DNA of 64,000 nucleotides from the human T2T-CHM13v2.0 reference genome, Homo sapiens: the NCBI RefSeq assembly GCF_009914755.1, contig NC_060940.1. One strand, given 5' to 3'. Positions within the stretch are counted from its first letter, which is position 1, and each line of letters opens with the position of its first letter. This document shows positions 46,731-59,491 of this stretch, piece after piece. The notes beneath the pieces are model-generated. The model worked only from the letters and a program-made list of their open reading frames with translations. It was not told where the DNA came from and did no database searches. The translations under genes and the position numbers were made by a program.

Positions 46731-47898
46731 TATAACTAGATTTTGAAACCACAGCTTTAAATCAAAAAGTTGACTGATATTGATGTCGTTAGAAGCTGAT
46801 CATTAAGTATTAGGATCTGGCCTCTAGAAAAAGGAAAAAACATATCCAGGGGCTGAAGTGAACTGGAAGAGGCTTAGGAGAGAACAAGTCCCAAGAAAAG
46901 GAAGACCCCAAGACAAAGGAGAACAGGATGAGTCTAAGCAAAAGCTTCCCTGCCACACGTGGCAAATGAGGAAAGCAGGCGGCCAGGTTTGCACCAGTGA
47001 GAGCAGTGTGTGCATCTGAGCACTACGGTGGAGCCGTGGACAAGCTGCTTCACAGAGGACTCAGGTCAAGAACCCCAAGAGGACCAGGGAGAAAGCGATT
47101 TCTTTTCCTAATTTCATCAAGTATAAAACGGTACAAGGAAAAGTTCCCAGAAGTTCCTATCAGGCAAGAGAGAGGCCTGGTCACCTGACACAGGAAGAAG
47201 AGAACAGGTGAGCCCCATGGGGAAGGAGGTCCCAGGCACTGTCAGGCTCCAACAAGATGGCCTCATGGACACCAAGAGCCAGCAGCACCCAGCTCCCACC
47301 GAGGTGCTGCACGGGTGGGGACAGCCCACCTGACAGTCCCTGCACAGGTGGCAGCAGTGGGACAAGAGGGTGAGTACTAGGAGGGCTCCTCCCAGGACCT
47401 GGCAGCAACTCAGCCCAAGCTGAGCTGGGGCTGGTCTGGAAAGAGCCCAAGACAGCCGGGGAACCTGGGTCCCACCTCTAACCCTGGGGACCCAGAAGTG
47501 CAGCTCCCAAGCACCAACCATCTCAGCCTGAATGCAAGCCTGGGCACACTCCAATGCTGGCCCCACCGGGGCTCATCACCCAGGAGGGAGAACGGCAGGG
47601 TCCTGGGTATGAACAAAGATGCCAAGACAAATGGAGGGGCTGCAGAGCCAGGAACTCGGGACCTCCATGGCTGAGACTAAGAACATACGTGCTACAGACA
47701 CCAAGACTGGGGAAAAGGCTGTGCCCCTCAATCAGGCTACAGCACCAGGTCAGCAGGCATCTCGTGAGCTGCCGCCAAGCTGCAGGGTGGGCACAGACCA
47801 CGCCCAGAGGCCTCAATGTGCCCCCTCCTTGCTGCACAGGTGCCAGGCTTGCGTGCCCACTCTGCCCTCCTCTTAGCCCGGCCTCTTTCTCTCCTCAC

Positions 47899-48129
47899 CC
47901 GATCCATCTTGAAATTCCGCCCCAGCACACTTTTCTGGTTGGCATCCACACCATCACAGCTGGTCAGGAACTCTGGGAGGAAGGCGGCAAAGAAGCCATC
48001 AAAGTCGACTGAGGCCATGTTGTAGATGGCGATGCCAATCTCCTCCTGCAGAAGATCATGGGACTTGTGGACCAGGACCTGGAGCAGCACGTTCACAAAC
48101 TGGAACAGCATGGCAGTCCGGAAGATCTT
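47899..48129 (-). CDS. XPO6: XPO6 penultimate exon (23)
   Basis: CAG| KIFRTAMLFQFVNVLLQVLVHKSHDLLQEEIGIAIYNMASVDFDGFFAAFLPEFLTSCDGVDANQKSVLGRNFKMDR |GTGAGG; 231 nt, phase 0/0. Confidence 0.96.
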
Positions 48130-48287
48130 CTGCAGGCAGAGAGACCAGGTGAGCAGCAGCCAGCCCCCAGGGGCCTGTCCCGGGTCCCATCCACTTTCTG
48201 TCACACTCTCCAGTGAGTAACCTGAGGGTGGGACACAGGCCACAATGCCCCTGATGGAAGAATATTTCCAAGAGCTGGGGCACTTAC

Positions 48288-48386
48288 CTTGTGGTACAGC
48301 TTCTGCTTGGTGTTGAGAGTCTCCAAGTAGAAGAGATTTTGTTTAAAAAGGTGGATGTCGGGCTGGAGAAAGGACTGTCCGAAAGC
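48288..48386 (-). CDS. XPO6: XPO6 exon (22)
   Basis: TAG| AFGQSFLQPDIHLFKQNLFYLETLNTKQKLYHK |GTAAGT; 99 nt, phase 0/0. Confidence 0.95.
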
Positions 48387-48896
48387 CTAGGAAATGAGAC
48401 CACCATTTTATAAACTGCAAGACCAAGCACTTCTGGAGCATCTACCCCATGTCAGAAGAACAAGTGCCAGGGCCAGGGTACCCATTGTCTTGATGCTTCT
48501 GGCCCACCAGCTCAGACCTCTACGACGCTCCTCCTAAGTCTCAGAGTTCATGTTTTCCCCACCGGGCCTTGCTTCTTATTATGGTCTCATATATACCTTT
48601 TTTAACAAACCTCTAGAAACCCATCACAGGACCTGGCTTTGAAGCAAGAAGCTCACACCTCTAGTCAAATCCCTCAGCAATCCTGGCAGACAGACACCAA
48701 AGCCTGCCTGCCTGCTCCTGCTCAAGCCAAGCAATCCCCTCCCTTGCCCTCCTTCTTGCATCCCCCGTCTCAAAAGCCACAAGCCCTACAGGCTCCTTCA
48801 TGGAGCCTCCACCTGGAGGTTAAGCCTCTGCCTGGGGGCTAAGCAAAGTATTTTTAAACTGCTTTGGAATTCCTGGGTGTAAAAGTTACTAGTTCA

Positions 48897-49203
48897 GTCC
48901 AGGCACAGAAGCTCAGTCCTGTAATCCCAGCACTTTGGGAAGCCGAGGTGGGCGGATCACTGAAGGGTGGGAGTTCAAGACCAGCCTGGCCAACACGGTA
49001 AAACCCCATCTCTACTAAAAATACAAAAATTAGCCAGGCGTGGTGGCGGACGCCTGTAATCACAGCTACTCGGGAGGCTGAGGCAGGAGAATCACTTCAA
49101 TCCAGGAGGCAGAGATTGCAGTAAGCTGAGATCCTACCACTCACTGCACTCCAGCCTAGGCAACAGAGCAAGACTTATCTCAAAAAAAGAAAAAAGAAAA
49201 AAA
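48897..49203 (+). mobile_element. AluS in XPO6 intron (TSD AAAA(G/-)TTACTAGTTCAG)
   Basis: Alu consensus with A tail and duplicated flanks. Confidence 0.92.
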
Positions 49204-49439
49204 TTACTAGTTCAGGGGCAAAAAGAAACACCCCGCACACCAACACAAAGTGCCCTGCTCCAACAGAAAGAATAGAAAGTGACCATGGGGGCAGTGGGGG
49301 AGGCCGGTGGTCTGCAGGACCCCCCTACAAAACAAGTGGTGACTGCTTTGTCATTCTGTCCCTGGGCCCCTAAGCTACCAGAGGAGGATCTTGTAATCCC
49401 TGCAGCAGGGATGAGATCTCCATGATGACCAATAGTTTC

Positions 49440-50030
49440 CACTTATTTACTGTTTAAAGTTAGGTTCATGGAAGTATAACAGAGTAAACTTTTGAGGTTT
49501 ATCTTTCTATGAATTCTGACCTACCTGTGGATTTGTACCACCACCATCACAACCAAGACAGGACACTTCCATCACCTGGAACGTCCCCTCACACCCTCAC
49601 CCCTAAGGCAACCACTGCTCATTATCTGTCCCTGTGGTTCTACCTTTTCCAGAATGTCATAGAATGGCATGGGATCCTACCATGCGTAGCCTTTGGCATC
49701 TAGCTTCTTTCACCTGACAGAATGCATGTGAAACTCATCTATGCTGCTGATTGTACCAAGAATCCATGCTTGCTTATTGCCGAGTGCCAGTCCCTTAGAG
49801 GCATGCACGAGCCTGTTCATCCATTCAGCTGCTGGATACTCAAAGTGTTTCCAGCTTTGGCAATTATGAAACAGCTTCTATAAACATCAGTGTACAGGTT
49901 GTGTGAACATATGCTTTCATTTATCTTGGGTAAAATACTTAGAAGTGAGACTGCTAGGTCATACAGTAACTACACACTTAACTTTAAAAGAAACTGCCAA
50001 ACTGTGAAACTATTCTCCAAAGTGCCTTTC
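49440..50030 (-). mobile_element. Old L1M 3' fragment
   Basis: GTTTCCAGCTTTGGCAATTATGAA...CTTGGGTAAAATACTTAGAAGTGAGACTGCTAGGTCATA...AAGAAACTGCCAAACTG, typical antisense L1M 3' sequence. Confidence 0.72.
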
Positions 50031-50986
50031 ACCAGCCCTCAGTGGGGACCAGGCACCAGCGTGCCAAAGAAGTCTTCCAGGCAAGGACAGGGTTCAAGAG
50101 AAAGGCAGGGGAGGCGCAAACACTTGAGTACTGCAGACCTGAGGCCTCGGTGGGTGCCAGGGATGGGAAGGCCAGGGCAAGGGCACGTGCCTGAAAAGAA
50201 CTGCCACACAAGAGTCAGTATGTGTGTGTGTGCGCGCGCATGCGCACGTGCATGCCTGTGTGCATGCTGTGTGCTAGTAGGGAGCTGGAGGGAGGGTGGA
50301 AATCCCTCTTGCTTCCCCATGAGGAAAAGCATGCACTGAAAATACCAAAAGAGACTCCCCTAGCTAGACTCAGATGAGAACGTCAGACACTTGAGTGCAG
50401 ACCCTGGGAGCGTGCCTGACACAGCCACAGAGCAGGCTGGCTGTCTGGGCGAGGTGATGCCGTCCCAGTCTTCCACAGCAAGGGGTATTTAGCCCCCAGA
50501 CAGTGCACTCTCTCCAATGGACAGCTGCATCTGCCCTGAAAGCGAATGCTCCCTCCCAGGGCAGTGTTTCTCCCAGTATGGTCAGAGTCAGAATCACAGT
50601 GCAGGTCTGGGGCCCTCCTGCGGAGACTCATATTCAGGCAGCTCCCCGCTAAGAAGGCCCTCGGTGACTCTGGCATAGGCAGGCTCTTTACACTTGGGGA
50701 AACAGCACTATGAGGTCAGCGGAACTGACGTTTATCAAGCATCTCTAAGTGTCATGCACTTTGTGTATGTCATCTCATTTAACCTCACAACAAACCTGTG
50801 ACCCAGGCAACATTAGCTCCACTTTGCAGATGAAGAAACTGAGGCTCCAAGAAATTAATTAACTTCATCAATACTAACAGGCAGAACTGAGCTTCAGACC
50901 CGAGACTGTGGGGCTTCGAAGACAGGACTCGCTGCAGTGGTCAGGTTAGAGGAAGTCACCTGGCAGCAACCCCGCCCCCACGTTAC

Positions 50987-51148
50987 CTGCATGATGGCAC
51001 TGAACTGGGGCTCATTCTCCATCTGCTCCTCAGCGATCCCCCTCTGGACACTGGCCAGCACGGTGGACTTGAAGAAGTACCTCCAGTTGTGATGGAGCGT
51101 CCGGAAAAGGAGCTCAAACAGCTCGGCCTTCACATCAGGGGAGGGACG
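50987..51148 (-). CDS. XPO6: XPO6 exon (21)
   Basis: CAG| RPSPDVKAELFELLFRTLHHNWRYFFKSTVLASVQRGIAEEQMENEPQFSAIMQ |GTAACG; 162 nt, phase 0/0. Confidence 0.95.
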
Positions 51149-52483
51149 CTGCAAAGACACACAGACGCTCAGACCTGCAGCTTGCGGAGCTGCTCCGGCC
51201 TGGGCCCAGGGCAGCAAAGATGCCTAGGAGACGCCTCGTGACAGCAAGCCGAGTGTCAACACTCCATCCACATGCCTGTCACTACCTGCGCAAAAGACAT
51301 CCAGCCCCTGGAGTCCTGTCACTGCCTGTGCAAAAGACATCTAGCCCCTGGAGTTGGCGGTTCACACCGCGAGTTCTTCAGGAGAGACATGGCCCACATT
51401 TGAGAGAGAATGCACGGGTCAGTGCCAAGGGCCCCTTTTTCTGATGAGCACTCAGCTTTTACACTAGAAAAAAGATACCAAGTGGATGAACAATTAGGAG
51501 TATGGATTTCCTGTTCTATTCGACCTGTCAGATCTTCTTGCTTGTTCCTTTTCCCAGGATAAAAAATGCTGTCCCACTAACCTGTTGGTCTTACACAACC
51601 ACGGAGGCTAAAGACAGACCCAACGCCTTAAAGCGATTCTGCTCCCCAGAAGGGGAGGGTTTAAAGAACACTTGGGAGCCAGGCTCTCTGGGCCAGTCTC
51701 CTCTTTCCCAGTAGCCAGGATTCTGAGAGGAGTTAGAGGAGAAGGGTCAGGCTCAGCAGTGTTTTCTCATTGACTCCAACTCCCCCAATCCCTTATTCCA
51801 AATGTCTCTGCAGAATTCAAAATTAGAAGGCCCACATATATTCAGTTCAGCCTTGATTAAAATTAAATAGACACCAGGGGCCACAAGCATCCACAGAAGA
51901 AGCCTCATAGGCCCAGTGCATTTCGTAATGCACAGCAACCAGACCTGTCCCAGTCTCAGTTCAGACAGTTAAAGATTAACTCTTATTTATACGACTATTA
52001 CCAAAAAAACTGAAATTAAATCTATACTTATTCCGGGTCTTATTATGCTGAGTGCCTGCCTATTTTCTAAGAAGGACAAAGGGCTTTCCTGTAACACTGA
52101 AAGGTTTGTTTGAATGGTTTCAAGAACTTGCCTTGTATCCTCGAGACCATGAATGTTTCTAATAGGAAAGTACATATGTTAGAATGTTTGCTATAGAAAA
52201 CCAGAGTCTCTTAAAGGTATAAAATTTGCCACAGGAGACTGATCTTAGCAACTGACCCTGTGGAATAACTGCCATGCTTACACTAGACTAGCTCCAATGA
52301 ACTCAATCAATATAAAAACACTGTACCACACCACTAAAGGCCTTCTTCCTTGGGAGAAACTACTTTACAAGCATATTAAACTAACAAATGAACTTTAAAA
52401 CACAATACATTTTCTGTGAAATCTCATTCCCTTCCCAATCTGGAGATGGGGGGTGCTGCACAGGGGACCGTCTGAGCCCCTAC

Positions 52484-52655
52484 CTCGGCAATGATGGGAT
52501 ACACTTGCTCCATGCACAGGGCGATGATGCTGGGGAGGAAGGGCTTGAACACCTGGCCTGGCTCCTGGACCACCACCTGCAGGATCTTCAGAAACTTCTC
52601 CACCACCCGGCAGCCTGTGCTGCCCTCGTGGAGGATGCTCTCGGCTAACTGCTCT
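52484..52655 (-). CDS. XPO6: XPO6 exon (20)
   Basis: TAG| (R)EQLAESILHEGSTGCRVVEKFLKILQVVVQEPGQVFKPFLPSIIALCMEQVYPIIAE |GTAGGG; 172 nt. Confidence 0.95.
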
Positions 52656-52823
52656 CTACAGAGGAGAAAGCCACACAGTGAGCAACCACATGTTTCTCTG
52701 GGGGCCAGCATGAAAACCCATGCTGTGGCAAGTGCAGAACAGGAGCAAAAAGCCACACTTTGTCGCCAGACCCACCACTTCTCCCTTGAATCTGAAAACT
52801 ATAGATGGTGGGTCTGTGCTTAC

Positions 52824-52938
52824 CTGGTAAACATGTTGAGGAAAGTCTGTATGATTTGCTCAGTGAAAGGCACACCCATCTGTACTCTAAGGCCTCGAAA
52901 CAGAGTGAGGAAGAAGCTCAGCATCTCATCAGTCACAT
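52824..52938 (-). CDS. XPO6: XPO6 exon (19)
   Basis: CAG| (D)VTDEMLSFFLTLFRGLRVQMGVPFTEQIIQTFLNMFT+AG |GTAAGC; 115 nt. Confidence 0.95.
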
Positions 52939-53962
52939 CTGAGGAAAGGGGCAGAGATATCGTCAGAGGCTTGCACACAGTGAGAACCAGAACCCTGGGC
53001 TTCATCAACCTACTCCTGAAATCTGCACTATCAGCTTTCTCTACAGCTTCCTGCTGGAAACATTTCCCCAACACCATCAGGGCCAATGATGGAAAGTGGA
53101 AAACGATTAGGGACATGCTGAGAAAATAGTTCTGGTATAGGGAACCTCCACCTGGTGGCTCACTACAGGAAATGAAGGTCATCTCGAACCCTCCCTCATT
53201 GCCCGACATCCAGTGATGGTCAGAGTTTCACTGGAGAGGGATCACTTTGTGCCCACACTGATGAATGCCAACTGGGTCAACACCTGAGTGCTTAAGCCAT
53301 TTCCCCCTATGACTAATAATCCCTGCAGCTGGGTCAGGGGTTAAGTGGTTGAAAGTGGATAATGAAGGTGTATTTAGGTTGCATGGCCCTGGTCCATTAA
53401 ATGGATTAATTGCAGAAAATACTGGTTACATATAGGGCAGTTTCACTTCCAGATCTCAACAATCATCTTGTGTAGTGTGTTTCAGCCCTAACTGCACGCA
53501 ATCTGCTTGCAAGAGGCAATGAATATTTGCTGACTGAGAAGTGCCTGATATTTCTCTTGTAAAACTGACAAGACTACTATAATGCTGTCATGAGAGCTAG
53601 GCAAGTACATCCACAGAGCTAGAGAGGCCCTCTATCACTGACAGTGACAGACAAGGGTGAGGGGAACGATCTCGGCAAATGCACCTTGCCACAAAATAAG
53701 GAGAACTAAGCCAAAAAAGCTCTCTTGCCTTCTCTTGTAGGTGCCAAGGCCCATATGGAGAGCTCTGCTCACTTTTCCAAAGGGCCTTGGCCCTAGACTC
53801 CACAAATAAACATCACTGCCCTTTCCCCTCAGTACCGGGTTTCGTTGCACGGAACAAGTCAAGGCCTGTACTGCACCGACTCAGTGTGTTCTACAGATCT
53901 AAGTGGGTATTCTGGCCCTTGTTAGCACCACCCACCAGTGGGGCCTCTGGGCCAGCTCCTAC

Positions 53963-54118
53963 CTGACTGATGGATAAAAGCTGGAAAGAGGGCCAGGGAG
54001 ACCTGAACAGATTCCTGCAGCGACTGGTAGCAAATCTGTCGAGACTTGGTGGACTCCCCCGAGATATTCTCCACAATATCTTCTAAGACGCTGAGTGTCT
54101 GGTGGATAATCAGTTTGG
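53963..54118 (-). CDS. XPO6: XPO6 exon (18)
   Basis: CAG| (T)KLIIHQTLSVLEDIVENISGESTKSRQICYQSLQESVQVSLALFPAFIHQS+G |GTAGGA; 156 nt, phase 1/1. Confidence 0.95.
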
Positions 54119-57100
54119 CTGCAAATCAAGATGAGTTGCAGGTTATAAGCTGTCTGGGGAGAAAGCATGGTAAGAGGAGACACAAGGGAGAGGGAGGAAA
54201 CTTGCAAAGGTACCAAGAAGATGATCACACGAGTCTCACTAAAGGAACAGTCTCTTGATTACAATATAAATTCTCCTCTCTTTATGTTTTAGTTTTTGTT
54301 TTTACTATTATTACTGCCAGGACTCCAGAAGCCTGGAATGTGTGTTGGGGAGAAGATGCCTGCCTGCCTGCTTGCTCAGGTTTTTGCCTCTGTTTTGCCT
54401 CTGGCCATTGGCAACAAGTCCACAGAAGAAAAAAGATAAATAAATGTACCCCCAGGTTGGGTGCCTTGGATTTAATCAAATCTAAAAGATGGTGAATAGA
54501 CTGGTGAGAAAATGAGTGTCATAAGGTCACAGGCCAGGACGGACACATGCAGCTCAAACCTTGTCACTCAGTGGGATGCTACTCCAGCCCAGTAATCCCA
54601 CAAACACCTGCCATGCACATGTAATGGTGCTGGCTGCAAGAACAACCTGCCTGATCCATCTTTGGCCTATTAGCCCTGTAGCTTGATAAGGCATATAATT
54701 ACTGTTATTATGTTATTGACAATACATAATGCTAACCCTGAGATGACTTTTGACTCCATATGGCACACAGGGAAAACAGATGTAGTGGGCCGCAAACAGG
54801 CAGAGGTCAGAGAGCCCTGGCTATGAACCACAGGTGACCATCTGAAGGCTATGTGCCATGGGCAGGACCCTCATCCATCTGGGAGAGCCGACAACCCCAC
54901 TCTGGCAGTGCTGCAGTGGGGATTAGAGACAAGGTCCCGAACGATGCTAGCAGTGTGCCAGCCATCTAAGAAGGTCCAGGACGGAGATGCTGCCATTGTT
55001 CCCAGCGCGAGTGGAGTCACCCTCTTAAGATGCAGAGTTTCCCACCAGCCTCCCCAAAGTGACGCCCATGGCTCAGCCTGAGCCTAGCAGACTCAACCCT
55101 GGTGACCACCAGAGGCTGAGCCAGAGCTGGGCTGAGAGCTGCCTCCCACTTGGCAGCAGTCTCTGGGTCCCCCGAACCCCAGTGCTCAGCAGCCTCTGTG
55201 GGACTGCCGCAGCTTTGAGGAAGGGGTACGGCAGAAAGAAGACATGCTCAGGAGGCAGATGGAGGCAGGCCTGGCCCTGCTGCCCCTCATCTGAAAACGT
55301 GGATAGAGAGCATCGCCCCACTCACAGGGCTGAGGATGAAGGAAGACGCTTCTCGCCACAGGCCTGGTCCTGGTCCCCCAGTCACAGTGACACTGGAGAG
55401 TAAAGGAAAGGCTCACCCACACTGCTGAGCAGGGAGCCGTCCACAACTACAAGCACATGGACTTCTACTCAGCTAGGAAACTGCACTCAGGGCAGCCACT
55501 TCCTCAAGAACGCACAGGCAACAGGGGAAGCAGTTTAGAGCAAAAAACCAACAGTCAAGAGACCAAAATCTGACCTCTGGCATTTAAGGAAATTCAAACG
55601 AGGACAAAAGATGTATTTAAAAAAAATACAAGTCAAAAATTGAAAGCACTATAAGTATATAATAATAGGAGAATGGGGTGGGTAACTGTTATACTTCCAT
55701 GAGACAGGACATTATAAAACCATTAAAACCTTTTTTCTTTTCTTTTTTTTTTTTTTGTTTTCAAGAAGAAAGAAGCAATGCAGCAAAGTGGTGCAGAACA
55801 CAGGAGCTGGAGCCATTCAGACCCAAGTCCAACTCTTGACCTCGCCCACTTTCTCTACAGTCCTGAGCAATTACACCTGCCAAGCACCTTCCCAATGGAC
55901 AGACTGGCAGGCCCTACTCCCAACAGGCATCCAGACTGAGCATCACCAAGGATGGGACAAACAGAAGCAATGCAAGAGGAAATGCGAACACGAACATGCA
56001 CCACTACACCACAACCTATGGAAACAATCAGGCAAAACAAGACTAGGAGACATATGACAAGAAAACAGGCCTGGACGCTTCAAAAATGCCAATGTCACGA
56101 AAGACAAAAACTGGGCATGCTCTTCTGGATCAAAGGAGACTAAAGAGATATAACAACCAAACACAATAAAACTATCCTAGATTACATCCTGGATTTTTTA
56201 AAAGCAAAAAAGAACAATTTGGTAACAACTGGGGAAAGTGTTAATGTGGCTACATTTTAAATAACATTATTGTACCAATGTTTAATATCTTGTTCTATAT
56301 AGATACAAAGGTTAAGTAGTCAGAGATGAAGTGTCAATTATCTGCAACTTAAACAGCTGGCTTTTAAGAAAAAGTGTGTTGCAGAAAAAAGCATAAATGT
56401 GGCAAAACATTCACAATTAGTGAATCTGGGTGAGAGAGATGCAGTTGTTCATTTTCTTATTCCTTTGGCTAGTCTGTAGGTTTGGAATTTTTTTTTTTCA
56501 AAGTATAAAGTTGAGATAAGAAAAATGAAACTTTCCAACCTTAATTTCAACACTGTGGAATGAGGATAAGACATACCTCACAGGGTTACAGGGTTACACA
56601 GGAAGTTACATGAAATAACGTATACAAAGTGCTCAACCCAGTGCCTGCACACAGTCAGCATACTGAAGACGTCATTCACATACTACACTGCAAACCCTTT
56701 CAGCACACAGTGGCATCACACCTCCCTGCCCTCTGAGTTAAGCCAAGGCCATGTAGCTGGCTCTGGCCAAGGAAATAGAGGTGGAAGTAGTGTTAGTTTC
56801 AGGCAAGACCTTTAAGAACCACTACGCAATTCACCACAATCCCTTCCAGAGTGAACACACTGAAATGGAGCCTTCCACAGCCTGGGTCCCTATGTGACCT
56901 CCCCACTCTGCTGACCCATGCTGGACATATAGTACAAACAACATATCCTTTTTCTTCTTGTATTAAGCCACTACACTTTTGGAGTTGTTTGTTACCACTG
57001 AGCATATCCTCGCCCATGCAGACCAACATAACTCCCATGTAAGATAAAGTGCGGAAAGGAGACCATTACACGTGATAAAGCATGACTCCACAACAGCTGG

Positions 57101-58257
57101 ATGCAAGCCCTGGGCAAGTTCCTTAATCTTCTAGACCTCAGCTTCCTCATGCTAATCATCAATCAAGATCCTAACAGTACCGAACTCATAAGGCTAATGT
57201 AAGAACTGAATGAATTACTGATTTTTGAAAAATACTTAGAACCAGGAAGAGACCAACACCAGACTTTGAAAGTTGATACTGGCATAGCCAGAGACTTGAC
57301 GATGGATATAGAATCACCAAGGCAAGAGCCTAGTACACAGTATACCCTCAATATGTCAGCTACTCTCATCCAGCTATGTAACCATGAAGCATATTTTAAA
57401 ATAGAAAAGGGAAGGTAAGAAGGAAGCATGGTTAAAATGGTTACTTTCTAAAATATTAAAACTGGTCAGATTTAGGAGTTACTTTTTCCTTCTTTGTATT
57501 ATTCTATTTTAATGTATTTGTACAATGCACATATGTTAATCTTCCTAGTTATAAAAGTAGTGTTTTTTAAAGAGTATAGTATTTATTACTATTTCTGACA
57601 TTTCACAAAGCATTTTTGCTGACATTCCATAAATGGCACCATCTAATAATGTTCTATTATTTTCTTTTTGTGAAAGGAGCTCGTATTTTTAAAATATTTC
57701 GGTACTATTTGTTATTTCAAAGAGATATTTCCTTATTCATTTTTTTCCCTCTTTCTTTAATATAAACAAGCAAACTTCAAGTGCCATTTTTTAAGAAACT
57801 AAGCTCTTTCAAAACCTCTGGAAGATCTGTATTTGGAAAAAGGTTGAAACCAATCTGGAAAAATAGTTCTTGAGCGCATTTTCCCAGCGTGTAGAGGTGA
57901 ACTGCTTTGTTTGCCTACACAAGCATCTGAAATAGATCAATAACCACCTTAAGATGTATTTTATAGACAGAAGGCACCATCACCAGTGTCTTCCATTTTT
58001 TCTTAGGGCTCCAGCATTTTTTACATTTTAAATAAGAGAAGGGACAGTTTGATTCTGGAAATAGGTCTGGCTGCTGTCTTAACTGAATTCCAAAGGTAGC
58101 AGGATCCCACCCCCAAGTATGACTTCCTGCTCAGCCTCTGTGGGACTATGAACAAAAAAAATTTACCTCAGGAGCCTCCGGGGCAAATCTCATCTGCCAC
58201 AAAGAACAATGCCTGCCTACCTCCTTCCCCAGCTGTCCTAGCCTAGGGGTCACTTAC

Positions 58258-58447
58258 TGTCATCCAGTGGCATCTTTCTCTGTGGGGCAACAGCACTGGG
58301 CTTCAGGTTGCGATAGTCCCGGGAGAGTGCAGAGATGAGGCTGGCGTGGTTGATGGAGCGCACGGGCCACTGCTGCTCATTCTCTGGAAGGTTTGGCCAC
58401 GGAAGCAGCAAGATGTTAGAGAGGGCTCGGCACACCAACACCTGGGC
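58258..58447 (-). CDS. XPO6: XPO6 exon (17)
   Basis: TAG| AQVLVCRALSNILLLPWPNLPENEQQWPVRSINHASLISALSRDYRNLKPSAVAPQRKMPLDD+A |GTAAGT; 190 nt. Confidence 0.95.
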
Positions 58448-59344
58448 CTACAAGAGACCCCAAAGGCATCCATCAGAGGTCAGAGCCAAAGACCGTGGTG
58501 CGGCATGCCCAACACAGCCTTCAGCACCCGCTGGCTGCACACCTGGAACCCTAGCCCCCAGGCTCGTTTCTTGCAACCTGGGCAAGGCCTTTGGTCCAAC
58601 TGGAAGGCAGCTTAGGGAGGAAGATGAAATGAAGTAATAGCACCATGTCTAGGTCTAGCATAACCCAGAGCTAACCTCTCGTTTCCTCTGTAATCTGATA
58701 CTTGAAGTATTAGAGAGGGAAAAATCACACTGCAGACACTGAATCTCAGGCATTGTTCAGCTGGTGGCTTCTGAGTCCTCTGAGAAGCTACTTAGAGCAG
58801 GACTTGCAGGAGAATCCGTGACAATCCATGCCCCTAGCACCAGGTCACATCCTGCAATCGCATCCTGGTGCCCTCTGGTACCCTCTTCAAACCTTCCTGC
58901 CCTCCCTCCTGTTAGGTGGTTTTTAAACTTCTAGCTTGAGCCTCCTTTGAGGATTCTAAGAAAATGCACTTGCCTGGCACTTCTCAACCCCAAAGAACAC
59001 ACACAGAACAGTGACAACAAAAACCAGACTGCTTTGAATCAGAAAGAATGCAAAGAGAATTCTCACAACACTGGCCGAAATTACCAGGCTGCAAAGCAGC
59101 AAAACCTTTCTGCACACTGGGAGGTGCTTTTCCACGCCTCAATCAGCACACTGACTGCCTGCCTTAGAATGGGCACGATGAGAATCACTGAGTCTGTGTC
59201 AGTGCCACACAATAAGAAATCTGTCTATGCTGGTACAGCCTGTAAGCTCTGAGTACAAAATCAAAGGCCAGACTCTTCTTCCTCAGCTTCCTTGGGTCTC
59301 AGTCACACAGCCCTGGGGACCCCGGGGGAGCTCTGGGGCCTCAC

Positions 59345-59491
59345 CTTATCGACAAGTCGCAGGGCAGAGGCATCAGTGATTCTGTTGAATACTTTCTGCA
59401 CTGCAGGGATGCTGATCAGAAAGACGGGCCGCACGGTGGTGGCCAGTGAGACCAGTAAGTGGCACGCAGATAGCAGCAGCTTGTCTTGGAC
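59345..59491 (-). CDS. XPO6: XPO6 exon (16)
   Basis: CAG| VQDKLLLSACHLLVSLATTVRPVFLISIPAVQKVFNRITDASALRLVDK |GTGAGG; 147 nt, phase 0/0. Confidence 0.95.

Noticed and set aside
52491-53129. 212-aa antisense ORF over XPO6 exons 19-20
   Set aside because: Shadow of the coding strand plus intron; no promoter or homology signal.
55755-56164. Short ORFs after a T-run, suggesting a retrocopy
   Set aside because: The sequence looks like MIR/L1M debris; no parent gene or TSD recognisable.
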